Source of the DNA: Trichinella spiralis
Taxonomy: Eukaryota
Reading direction: 5' to 3'
DNA: 64,000 bases
Assembly: GCF_000181795.1 (NCBI RefSeq)
Contig: NW_003526941.1
Location: 10,937,751 to 11,001,750 of the forward strand
The notes under the pieces: generated by a model
Told to the model about the DNA's origin: nothing
What the model saw: the letters and a program-made list of their open reading frames with translations, nothing else
Databases searched by the model: none
Part shown: positions 26,694 to 39,400 of the stretch, piece after piece
Position numbering within the stretch: position 1 is the first letter of the stretch
How the letters are laid out: each line of letters starts with the position of its first letter
Position numbers and translations under genes: made by a program

Positions 26694-29600
26694 AGAATCC
26701 TTAAAATGTTCAATTGAATTTACAGCAAACAGGATGCAGTAACGATAAGATGCTTTTGTTATCTATTAGAAACATTTTTATCAACGATCAGCATCACGAA
26801 TATTTGATTGAATTTTGAATTTCTCAATAAGACAGGAGATTTCTTTTTTCAGTTATCAAAAATGGTAACAGTATAAAAATAAAGCAAGTTCAATTGTATT
26901 TTGCATGGTGTTCGAATCAACATAATGCCACTGGATCATTGGCAGTACGGTTGTTTCAGTTTGTTGTATTTTCAATTTTTGTGTTCATTACCAGTTGTGG
27001 CGATCGAAATTCTAGAGTGCTATTACAAAACTTAAATTTTACAGGGCATTATTTTAGTACTTTGTCAAAAATGGTATTTCTTTTAACTTCAAAACTTTGA
27101 AAGCTTTTATTTTAATGTTATAAACCTTTAGAACGATTCTCTAACACGTAATGCCAATAAGCAGCGGAATAAAAATTTATACTGCGTTTTGAATTGTAAG
27201 CTTAGAAGCACAAGAAAGTTCGAAATAAAACAATGGGAACTTTGTTGTATTATACCAAGTTTTTGTATAAAGTTCAGTTGGAAAACATGCGGAGAATAAG
27301 TTCAGCAGTCAGTTTTTCCTGTATATTCTTTATATATGCTCCAAATTGTTCCAGCACCGCACTACTGGAATTCATGTTATGGGTTGTTCGTGGTTAATTT
27401 TACTTATCAATATTTAGAAATTGATTTTGCACGAAGTTTTTAAAAATAAAATAATTTTTTAATGAAATTATATTTAGGTCACTTTTGAATTTTATTGAGC
27501 TTGAAGATCATTAAAAAATACAAAATTATACTGTAGATCACTGAGCTCAGATCAGTTTTGTTGTTGTTTAATGTGAGTGTTGCAGTTGATCTGCTGATCA
27601 CATTTTACTTTAAATCTGTTGCAGTTTCATTTATTTCCTCTTTTATTCACTTTTTTATTGGTTCTTCCAGTTTTTCTGTTCTTGAAAGCGCTACACTGAC
27701 GAAGGTATGGTATCATTGTCATCTGATTTCTTGATCCGGTGAATAAGTTTTCAACGGTTTTATTTATAAACATAGCTCCCTCAGATCTTTGTAAACACTC
27801 ACTTTTCTGTTGTATTCTTTATATTTTGTATTTTAAATGTAATTTGTTCTACTTGTTATCACTCGCTGTTAAGGATTTGTTTCTTATTCATATACGTGTA
27901 AAATGAATGAATGCAGTTTAACTTTAGCACTTTAACTCTCGGTAATTTTTGGTTCTACTAGTGTTTTGTTTTGTGTTATTTCACCATTATCATAAAGATG
28001 GTATGAACTGAAATGGTGCTCTTAATTTTTACTCGAACTTTTTATATTAGACCTCTTTTTCATTTTATCAGCTGTATTATTTATCTTTCTATGCTGTGCA
28101 GTTTTTTCTTTTGCTGTCTCCTCGTTTGCTTTGTTTGCTGAGAAATGCGCTGACTTTAAATCTTAGTTGAGCATTGGTTGATTGATTGATTGATCCTTTG
28201 TGGAATCTTAATTCATTAAGAAAATAGTTTTTTCATTTGTCTGACAGTTATTAATTTTTCCGGAAATTGTTTATTCATATTCATTGTAAGCAATTTAAAA
28301 TACTTTGCGAAAAAATAGTATACTTGAAGTTTATGGTTTCGATTGTTTGTTTCTTCTTTGTCCTTTGCTTGACAATAAAATTTTATTATTGTAGTTTGGC
28401 GCCAGGTTCTATGAGGTTGTTTTGATTTTTGAAAAGAAAGTAGATGTAGTTGGGAATGGAATGAGTTAGCTTTCTATTCCCAGTGGAAATTACTTGAAAG
28501 CGATTTTGCAAATAGAGTCCACGAATTGTTCGTTTGTTTATTGTCTCAGTAAAAGATGCTTGTTCTTCAGCTTTGTCAACCATCGTCGACGCTCTGGAGA
28601 TTTTTAATCACTTTTATTTTGCCACGTTAAATCGATTGTTTCAGTGGGCATCGGAGGAATTTTATTTTATCTTGAACTGTAATTTAATTCAGTTGTAATT
28701 TAAAATTTCAAAGCAGGAAGGGAATAGTCCGAATGACGATTTGTTTGTTTTGCAATGAACTATTGTAATTACGGTTTTATTATCGATTAAATTTTTTTTC
28801 TTCCAACTACCACTGCTCGTGAATAGTTGCTTCAGAATGTAAGTATTTGCTTCTATTGTCATTGTTAATCCGCCGTGCAGAATTTCAGAATTGATTTTCA
28901 CAAGCGGTGAATTTGCCAAACATATGTATGGCAAGCAGAAAGTGATGATAGGTTTAAAATAGCTGTTGGAATGTTTGAAAAAAAATAATAAAATTTTCAA
29001 ATAGCCGTTCGGATCAGCTGAGCGAGCGAATGTTTATTTCTGTATTCATGAACGCAGAATTTACTTGCATTATTATGTCTGCAGTTAAATGAAAACCATT
29101 AAATGTGAACAATTGATTTTTATTTCCTTCGGTTCATTTAATTTTCAGCTTGCTTTATACTAACTATTATTATGTTTCTACTTATGGAAATTTATTTACT
29201 ATGACTAATTTATGATGTAATGTTTTTTGCTTTTCGGCTTAGCTTATTAACTTTTGTTTCAGTGTTCAGTACAATGTGCTTGTTTTGTTTTTTGCTTGTT
29301 GAAAATTGTTCGTTGTTCAATGGGAAATATTTTTGTTTTGCGTTTCACCATGATAATCTTCGCTATTCGTCTTGGTGAAGTTTTTAAAAATAGTGAGCTA
29401 GTGCAAGTTCATCATTTTCAGTGGTGATAAATTGATTCTGCAGCAGATGCATTGAAATTTTGGTCCATAAAATCCAGTGTAGCGGTTGAAATATTGCAAA
29501 TTGTTTTTATTACTCATCTCAGGCGAGAAATTTAAATACTTTTCTGTTCTCAGATTGATGTTATGAAAATTTTCTCAGCACAGTTTGTATGTTGATAATT

Positions 29601-30425
29601 AATTTCAATCCATTAGCCATTAGTTGTTGTTGTTGTTGTTGTTGTTGAACTGGTTGGTATACGATGATCTTTCAGCATGTCTTTCATACACACTAGCTGT
29701 GAGTATGTGCATTGGCTAATTACTATCTACATTACTAATATTGTGCATTGTTTCCACATTTGTTTAAGTTTATTCATCATTGAATGCGGACTTTTTTTTA
29801 AATTAATATTTTGTATTCTTCTGTTTGTAATCTTTATTTTATTATAGCATTTATTTATAGTTCTTTATTTAGAAAAGCTTTTTTTAATTTTACACTTTGA
29901 ATGTGTTGTAGTGAAGTGTAAATTTGAACTGAACACTTATTTCAGATTAAAACATTTGTTAAAATGACAAATTGAATAACAAAGAATTAGGATAGGATAG
30001 AATTTTTTTAGTGTTAATATTTTTGAAGTTAAATTAGCATGCTCCATTATAATATTAGTTTTGCTTGAATAGAGAAAAAGATTTGATTTTCGTTTTACAT
30101 TTTTTTTTCTTTGTTCTCTATTGTATAGTAGAGGACGACAATTGAACAGCAAGCAGTTGGGGCGACGTTGGAATTGATTTATGTATCCGATTTCGGCTTT
30201 CCAATTTAGTATTAAATTTTCCCAATTCGACAATCGTTTCATGCATTGACTTATTTCCATGTGAATAAATTAGTTCTATTTCATTTGTTCAGTTTTTTTC
30301 TATTTTCAAATGTCACTTTCCGCGCAAAATGTTAAAGTTATTTATATAGTTGATATTATTTTGCATCATGATATGATTATTATTATTGTATTTTTTTACA
30401 AATGATTTGTAAACTTTTCAGAATT

Positions 30426-33400
30426 ATGGTTGAAGCGGATATACTCAGAGAGAATGACATGGACAGTTTGAAGTTGGCCCTCGAAGGGCAGCAGCGTTGT
30501 CAACGTGGCGACATGCTGGGCGGAGTGTGGTACTTGGAAGCGGCCCTCGGCGCTGGTACCGACGATCTGAAAACTTTGAGTGCAGTTTACAGTCAACTGG
30601 GCAATGCTTACTTTGTTCTACAACAGTATGGCAAAGCTCTGGAGTATCATCGACACGACCACACTTTAGCCAGGTATGTTATATTTGCATTGATTTTTCA
30701 CACGGCTATACTTGCCATACTGGAACAAGCTTGCCTTTCAACATGCGCACACAACATTTGCAGTCGAGAACTATATATGCTTTTTGCATTCATTCAGGGC
30801 AAATTTTGCAAACTTTTCCACAGCAGCAGCAATTCAGGAGGGCGTGGTTTGCTTCTCTTTATTTATTCTTTTCTCAAGCTAACATCACTATTCAATAATG
30901 ATGAATCTCAAAGAAATGGTGGGAAAATGATGCTTTCTAATGGTTGTTCCATTGAAAACAACTGTGCTTCAGTTGATCAGTAGTTGCTAATGTTGAAATG
31001 AAAAATCAAAACCACATTGATTGAACACATCAATTATTATTCTTGCTTTTTAAAGCATCATTTTACACGAGTTTGTAAACAAAAAAGCTTTCGGTTAGCT
31101 TACTATCATTAAGCTTAGTGATTTTTTCTCTGTATGATTTGCATTCAATTGCAGAAGAAGCATTTTTCAATGGGCAAATTATCGTTGCTCACGCGATGTG
31201 GAAAATTTTTGGAACAGCATTTCCGTTTTGTTTTTATTAATATACATTTAACTGTAGTTATGTATTATTTATGTATATGTGTGGGTGTGTAAATCATTAG
31301 CCGTTCTTTATTTTTAGTATTTATTGCTGAAAGTTAACTGATAAGTTGGTTGTTTTAATGTAGTTTTTATTCATTGGCATTATGATTATTATTGTCATTC
31401 GTTTTCACTTCTTTTTTTTGAATAATGCGAAATAGTGAGAAGCGTGCAATGGTATTGTTGAAATTATGACATGTTTGAAAATGTTAAAATTTCTTTTTCA
31501 ATTTTGCACAATATGTTTTATTTGAATCGACAACTGTAGCGTTAAATAAATGTAGATATATGTTTATTTGGAATGTTTTGACATTGGTTGGTTAATATAA
31601 GAATGAGTTGATGATTTGATAGTTGAATTTATGATTGACAATGAGTTGATTAACGTGCAGGCAGGCGAGTTGGCATTTCTGGCTGAACGATCTTCATTTT
31701 GAATGAGATGTTGTGAATACGTTAGTAGCTTGATATGCAGTTCTTCTGTTCGACTTATGGATCCGGGGTGGATGCGGGTTCTGTTTTCGAGTAACTCTAA
31801 TTGTCATGTTGGCCTTAATGTTGCTTGCACAAGCGGCTCCTTATTACATAGAATTATCCGAAACTATTCGTTCACAAATGGTCGCCTAGTTCGAAACGAA
31901 GTCACTCACCACCACCACTGTTGTTCGGTCGATTCATTAAACTACCCTTCCATACACACTTCTTTCTCCGCCTTCTTGATGCTTTCTTCAAATGAAATTT
32001 GAATGGAATTGCCGTTGTTGCTCTTTCCATATTTCCATTCAAAATTTACGTTCAACAATTTAACAACTCAGCCAACTCACTTACTTCTCAGTTACAGTCA
32101 CGTGGGTCGATTGTTGTTGCTGTATGATTGCATATTTGCATATTACATCAAATTATCATTCTGTTTATTCTTCCGTATTTTGATCATATAAAATCAACTT
32201 TGGTTTGATTTGTTTTTTATTATTTATTCTGCTTATTATTATTAAACTTTGAATTTTTTGCCAAGGTATACAAATGAGATAGATTGTTTTGTGCATTTCA
32301 ACAATGAAGAAATTTTTCTTGTTGAAAATGGCAAAGTGCAGAAGTGTAATTTTTTGCACGAGCTAAACGATGTTTTGTTTGATAAATTATGGACTTAAAA
32401 TTTGTTCACATGGTTAATAATTTGATCGATTAATTGGTCAAAAGTGATCAATTAACATCGTCTGAATGGGAAAATTCATTTTCTACTGTACAAAAACAAA
32501 GAGCATTTATTGTTGTAGAAAGCGAACGAAGAAGCTTGATTGTTGAAAACTGTCTTTAAAATTAAAATATTTTCTGCGGCTAGATTGTTAATTGTTTTCA
32601 AGAAGGACTTTTAATAGATATGTATATATTTTTTTTTAAACTTTTGTTTGGTCATGAGAAATTTTCCCCGAATTATTTGCACAATTTTAACCCTTTGATG
32701 GATTGTTGGCGATAGGTACGTTGTTGGATTGTTGGGGTAGGCCCCACCCCACTTTAGAAAAACACGTCTAAAAAGCTGGGAGTATGTTCAATTTTTATGA
32801 AATTTATTTTATTGGATAGTTCGAAGAATTCTGTACATGATGGTATTAAAATATTTCCAATTTTAATAATTTTAAAGCCTTTTATTGGCAAAAAATGCGA
32901 CAAAATTTTGGTTAAAAAATCGTCTTTTTTTAGTTTTTTTCTTCGCGTGGACTGAATTTTGTAAAATTCGTGAAACAAATTACATTATTGAATAGAGCAC
33001 GTTATTCTGCACATTTTGATACCAAACTCAGGTCTATAGTCTTTTTTTTGGTTCCGTAAAGACTTCGTTTATCTAAGCCCTTTCTATACTTTTAACATAA
33101 ACATATGGAAAAGTGTTGAGCAGGAAATCGATATTCCACATTTTTTTTGATTTCAGTATCTATAATTTATTTATTTTTATGTATTTTGATTAAAATTTCA
33201 TTATTTGAAATAAATTTTTGGTCTCTCCTATCTGAAAAATTCAACAAAATTGACGTAATAAATCTGTTGATCTCCCTTTATTTGGAAGTGTTAGGATTAA
33301 CATCACAATGCTCACAGTAGCTGCGCAGATGTTCATTGCAGTATGGAAGCAGAATGCAGTGGAAGATCCGTTAGCTAAAAAACGATGATTGTGGGAACAT

Positions 33401-36400
33401 TACGGATGAATAAAACAGAAGTGCCATCAGAATTAGCAGAAGCCATGGGACGAGAAGTGGGTTCGTCATTATTTTGCTTCGATGGACAGCTCACTTTTGT
33501 GAGCTACATCCTGAAGCGAAAGAAATGCGTCTTGCTGTTGTCGACCATGCACCATGATGATGCAGTAAATGAAGATCAAGAAAGAAAAGCAGATATCGTG
33601 CTGTTTTATAATGAAACAAAGTCCGGTGTGGATACCCTAGACCAGCTTGTACGGGTATACACATGCAAGGGACGCACCCGGCGGTGGCCAATGGTTCTAT
33701 GGTTCAATACTTTAGATTGCGCAGGTCTAGCAGCATATGTTATTTGGACATGTAAAAATCCAGATTGGAACGCCCGAAAATCGCAGCGTAGAAGACTATT
33801 TTTGATAGAGTGTGGCAAAAACTTAGTAGACATCGTTCTTCAGAAACGTGCTGCCAGTCCCCCGCAATCCCTTCCTTACACAGCAATGAAAGCGATTGAA
33901 CAAATAGGAACAGCGACGTCAGCCGAGCGGTCAGAAGCAAGCAAAAAAGAAAAACACATCTATAGAAGATGCGTCTTTTGTGGAAGAAAACGTGACAAAA
34001 AAGTAAGATCTAGCTGCATAAAGTGTAGAAAGCCATGCTGCAATGAACATCTGCGCAGCTACTGTGAGCATTGTGATGTTAATCCTAGCACTTCCCAATA
34101 ATGGAAGATCAACAGATTTATTACGTCAATTTTGTTGAATTTTTCAGCTAGAAGAGACCTAAAATTTATTTCAAATAATGAAATTTTAATCAAAATACAT
34201 AAAAATAAATAAATTATAGAAACTAAAATCAAAAAAATGTGGAATATCAATTTCCTGCTTAACACTTTTCCATATGTTTATGTTAAAAGTATAGAAAGGG
34301 CTTAGATAAACGAAGTCTTTACGGAACCAAAAAAAAGACTATAGACCTGAGTTTGGTATCAAAATGTGCAGAATAACGTGCTCTATTCAATAATGTAATT
34401 TGTTTCACGAATTTTACAAAATTCAGTCCACGCGAAGAAAAAAACTGAAAAAAGACGATTTTTTAACCAAAATTTTGTCGCATTTTTTGCCAATAAAAGG
34501 CTTTAAAATTATTAAAATTGGAAATATTTTAATACCATCATGTACAGAATTCTTCGAACTATCCAATAAAATAAATTTCATAAAAATTGAACATACTCCC
34601 AGCTTTTTAGACGTGTTTTTCTAAAGTGGGGTGGGGCCTACCCCAACAATCCAACAACGTACCTTTTAAGTTTACGATGTTCTGTAGACCGAACAAAAAA
34701 TCCTGGAACATTGAAATTTCTTTCAAAATATGTCTTATTGTTTCAAAAGAGATGTCACAAAGCTTCAGACTATAAAAATAAAAATTGACAGAATGCGACG
34801 AAAAGAAAACCCCCTGGGGTGGGCTCTACCCCAACAATCCATCAAAGGGTTAAATATTATTCTTGGTTTGTGCTTGTATCAGTGTGTAAAAAAATTGACC
34901 TGCGTATTATTGATTTCGCCTAATTGACCGCCAGTTGCAGTTTCTCATCTTCACTTCACAGTTAACTGTTGGGGCGGCTCGTTTGCACGGTGTCGATGAT
35001 TTGTGTCTGTGTGTGTGTGTTCAGCTCAGTTGGTGCTTTCCGATGTTGCCAAAATCGAAATTCACTTGCAAATTATTCCACAGCCTCCACCACCACCACT
35101 AAGATCGGCATCAAACTCTTATCATGCGTTGTTGATGAAATCAGATGAGGTGGAAACACATGCGCATCACAATTATCGCTGGCATTTTGTGGCTAAATTA
35201 CCAATGAACTAACTCAACAGCAATACCAGTAGAATTCCAAGCATCAGAACTTTGCTGGCAAAATTTGTCAATGTTGTCGCGGTTGAAAAATTATTTATCT
35301 TCATGGAATGGGGTTTTACCAAGTTCATTTTATTCTAACGATGTATATATATGTGCTGGGGAAAGATATGGTGGAGGGGAATATGTTGAAGAAGTTGAAT
35401 ATCAAATGTGTTCAATTTCATGGATAAATGATGCAATTTTTCAACTTAATTTTTTAATTACAAATTGTAAGTTAGTTGATGAATTAGAAGTTGAAGTATT
35501 TTTGGTGAAGTTGGTTATAGCAGAAATCATTTGAGGCAACATGTGCGTGTGAGTTTGTAAATTGCATTAAGTTTCAATATTGAATACCAATAGTAGAATG
35601 TTGTTGTAATTTGTGGAAATTTCTTTATTTGAAAAATTAATCCTCATCAGTGGAAATGATTAATTATTTATTTTGTTAATTTTGCCGAATATAGAAACCA
35701 TTACTATGTTATTGATGAATTAATAATGTGAATGTTGCTGCTGCTGCTGTACTTTGCTCTGCTGTCAGAGCAGCTTAGTAGTATTTTTGAAATTATTTAT
35801 CAAACCTGTACATTATTTCATTGGGATATTTTTTGCATTAAATCTACTAATTTTGATAATTATTCATTATCATTTTTGTTGAAACCTTTTCCAATGTATG
35901 ATTGTTACAATACGTTGCTATTGTTAATCTGGTTGGGAATTTTGTTGAATCTTCTTCAGGGAAGATAATATCACTTTGAATGTGTGAAATTTTTTCAATA
36001 CTTTTTGTTTTAACATTTTTTCCATAGAGATTGATTTTTTGCAATTTATAATCAGTCAGGGGTATTATTTGTCGCTGAAATTTTAATGGCATATTCACTA
36101 ACGTAGCAACACGACGCAATTTCCATTGAAAGAATGGAGGAATAATCATTTTTTTGGTTGAAAAAAATTGAATTTTTTTATTTCGATCACAAAATTTCTG
36201 CTTTTCTTTTCAGCTGGTTAAAAACCGATTTGCAGTAATTTTCTCTGCTGTGCATGATAATGGCTGAAGATGTAATTTTGTTTGCAATGTTTTATTTGAC
36301 CTGATGAAGTTTAGTTTCAAATGAGTTTAGTTTAATGAAATTTATTTCATCATTTTCATTTATCTTGGCAACAATTTAATTTTGTCTTTTATTTTTTGCT

Positions 36401-39400
36401 ATATAGTATCCGCATTTTAAGTTTTTTTATTTTCAAATGATGAAGTTCCACAAAGCGTATTTTAACATAAAGTAATGCTTTCGTCTTGTTCTTAATTTTG
36501 AAGATTCTTTTCATTGTTCAATAATGAAGGACTAGTGGCGGCATAGAAAAATGAATTTTAATCATAATAATAATAGCAATATGAATGCACGCGAACGTGG
36601 TGAGACTATTTTTATTTCATTGATGATGAATTTATTTCACTTTAATTTATCTTACTTGCTGTAAAGCTTGAACAGTTGAAAATCTTTTAGAAGTAAATGG
36701 ATGTTTAGTTAATTTTTTGTGAATTGTAATGGAAAAAAGTCAAACTGATTTATATCAAATTTGATTTGTAACTTTGATGGCTAACGCGAATGAATGCGTT
36801 TTATACATTGAAACATGTAAATGCGTTGTTTTTTATCAAATTTTATTTTACTTTGAGCAATTTATTTGCCGGTGCTGACAAAATGGTGATTTAATTACCC
36901 GGCGATTTGTATATCCGGCATGAACAACAATCGCGCGCACACACACATGAATAAGCTAACTAGTTAGCTAGCTGAATGATGAAAATTCTACAGACCAATT
37001 TTTTAAAAGATGATTTTTTTCTTCCCAAAAATTATAGATGAAAGAGGTTTAGTTTAAAATATGTTTTTTGTACATTCATTTGAATGTATATTCTTGAAAA
37101 GAAAAGCAACAAGTAGTGATAATAATTGATTTCACTTATTTATTGTTGTAAGCATTGTTTTTTACATCGGTTGAAATACGCAATTTTAATATTATTTTTC
37201 TTCAATGCCCATTCAATTCAAGTAGAAGAATTTGACTTTGCTTTGCTTCTTTTTGTTCATTCCTCTGTACATTGAGGTTTTTATTGCTGGTTTAAGTTTA
37301 ATTTTTAAAGCCAATTGAGAAAGTGTCGGTAAAATAATTGAAAAATCTCCACATCGCATGCATGCATTGAGAAAGTACTGTAGAAATTTGCTGGCAACTG
37401 TCGACTTTTGAGGTAAATTAATTGCTTCGATGCAGCTTCAATACTTGGTGCCTGGTGAAAATTGCGTTTCAACCAGCAGCAAGCGGGCAGGCACGTGCAT
37501 TTCTCTTTCTCTCTCCCTCTCCCTCTCTGTTTTGCTGCAAATTTTCAATCAAAATTCCAAACCCAACAACAAGTGTCATTTGACATGCGGTGCTTGCTGG
37601 GTGGGATCTTTTGCAAGCAATGATTACAACCGGGTTGGTCGGTCGACTGATTTATATATATATATGTATATATGATTATAAAAGCCGGTTGGATTACTGA
37701 GCTTGCTGAGACTGGGATGCGCATGTGAATTTCATGATAAAATGAAATAATAATAGTACGAATAGTGAAATATGAATAGTCAAAGTTGGTTTTTCTTTCA
37801 AAAGAAAATAATCATTACAGAAGATATAGGGTTCATTGTGTTGTGAGAGAGTAGGTTGAGAAAAAGAAAGTTTTTAGTTATTGAGAATGAATGTCTGAAT
37901 GGGGGAATCAATCCAGTCCACTTTGACTTTTCACGTCGCAGACATTAATCGACAAGAGACGCTGGATAGTTGTTTAATGATGTATTCTCAGTGCAGTGGA
38001 TCTGATTGGCGTTATTGGCGCTGGCGGGGTGTGGCGGCTGTGATGGGGAGATTGTACAGAGGCGGCGAAATTAGTTTCCACTTTTGCGAGTCTAATGGAT
38101 TTTCAATGACGCAGGTTGACCTGCTGTGCGCTACCGGAGCAGCTTTTAGCCGACGACGACTTTGTTGTTGTTGCTGGCAATGTGTTACAAGAAATTTATA
38201 TACTTGACAAGTTTTGTTCAATGTTTAGGGCAGTTGGCGACCGACGGTCCGAAGCAAACGCTAGTGGCAATTTGTGCAATACTCTGAAAGCGTTGGGCAA
38301 ATACGACGAAGCATCACTTTGTGGTAAGCGACATTTGGAACTTGCTCGTTCACTGCAAGATAAGGTAAATATTAATGATGATATTATTATTATTATTAAA
38401 ATTTCATCCTGCATATTTGTTTGAAATATTATCTCATTGTTGCAGACTGGTGAAGTACGCGCTTGTTACAATCTTGGCGGTGTGTATTATTCCAAAGCGC
38501 GCCATTTGAATAGACCGCAGAGTGCAGATTTAAGCGAATACGCTGGTCAAGTGAGACAATTGTGTTTGCAGTCAATTGAATATTACGAGTCAGTTTTATT
38601 GTCCAATGCTTTTTGCTTGCTATTGTTTGGAAATAAAAACTTCTCTCGACAGGATGAATTTGAAATTAACGCAAGAGATGGGCGATCGAGTGGGCGAAGG
38701 TCGTGCATGCGGTAACATCGGCCTTGCCTACCACTTGCTTGGTGATTTCAAGACGGCAGTGCAATTTCACAATGAGGTGAGTTCGACACTTTTATGCAGG
38801 AATTTTCCACGCCTCAATGCACCCTAGGCCTATTTGCTAGCTAATTTCATATATTACTGCTGCTGCCACTGCTGCTGCTGTTGCTATTTGCCACTACCAC
38901 AACCATTGCTATTACTACTACTGCTATTATTATTATTATCATTATCACTATTATTATTATTATTATTATTATAGAGATTGCAAATTGCCAAAGAGTTCGG
39001 TGACAAGCGGGCTATGCGCCGGGCTTATTCCAATCTGGGCAATGCGAGTGTGTTTTTGGGAGAATTGGAACCGGCTATACAGTATTATTCGTAAGTTTAT
39101 TTTACTTTTGATCATATAACATTAAGCTTTATCGATATTTTTAATGGTTTTCTGTTATCGCATATTTAATAATATTATTTTACTGGTAGTAATTGTTGTC
39201 TTTTCAAATAACGACAAAACGCAAAGCACACACACTTTTACTCGTGCTTGTATTGACATATTTTATATATTTCTTTCTTTTGGTTTTTTAATTTAAAAAA
39301 TTTTCTACTTCTATCACTGTGATAAAGATAAAAGAATGGCGAGACGGGAATTGTCCATTGTTATGACTTTTGATATGAATTTGTTAGCTGTACGTGTATT

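Larger units (their letters stand above)
32691..34849 (+). mobile_element. Non-autonomous piggyBac-family DNA transposon derivative with foldback structure, inserted in the first coding intron of the GPSM gene
   Basis: TTAA at 32687-32690 and 34850-34853 (target duplication). Perfect 19-bp terminal inverted repeat CCCTTTGATGGATTGTTGG. Contains a partial piggyBac transposase ORF and about 630-bp internal inverted repeats. Confidence 0.95.

Noticed and set aside
26894..30260. Short ORFs between the crotonase and GPSM genes
   Set aside because: AT-rich, F/L/I/K-biased chance frames; probably GPSM 5' UTR introns and promoter.
32754..32978. Identical 74-aa ORFs at 32754-32978(-) and 34400-34624(+)
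   Set aside because: By-product of the transposon inverted repeat. They start at TTG, are AT-rich and have no protein features.
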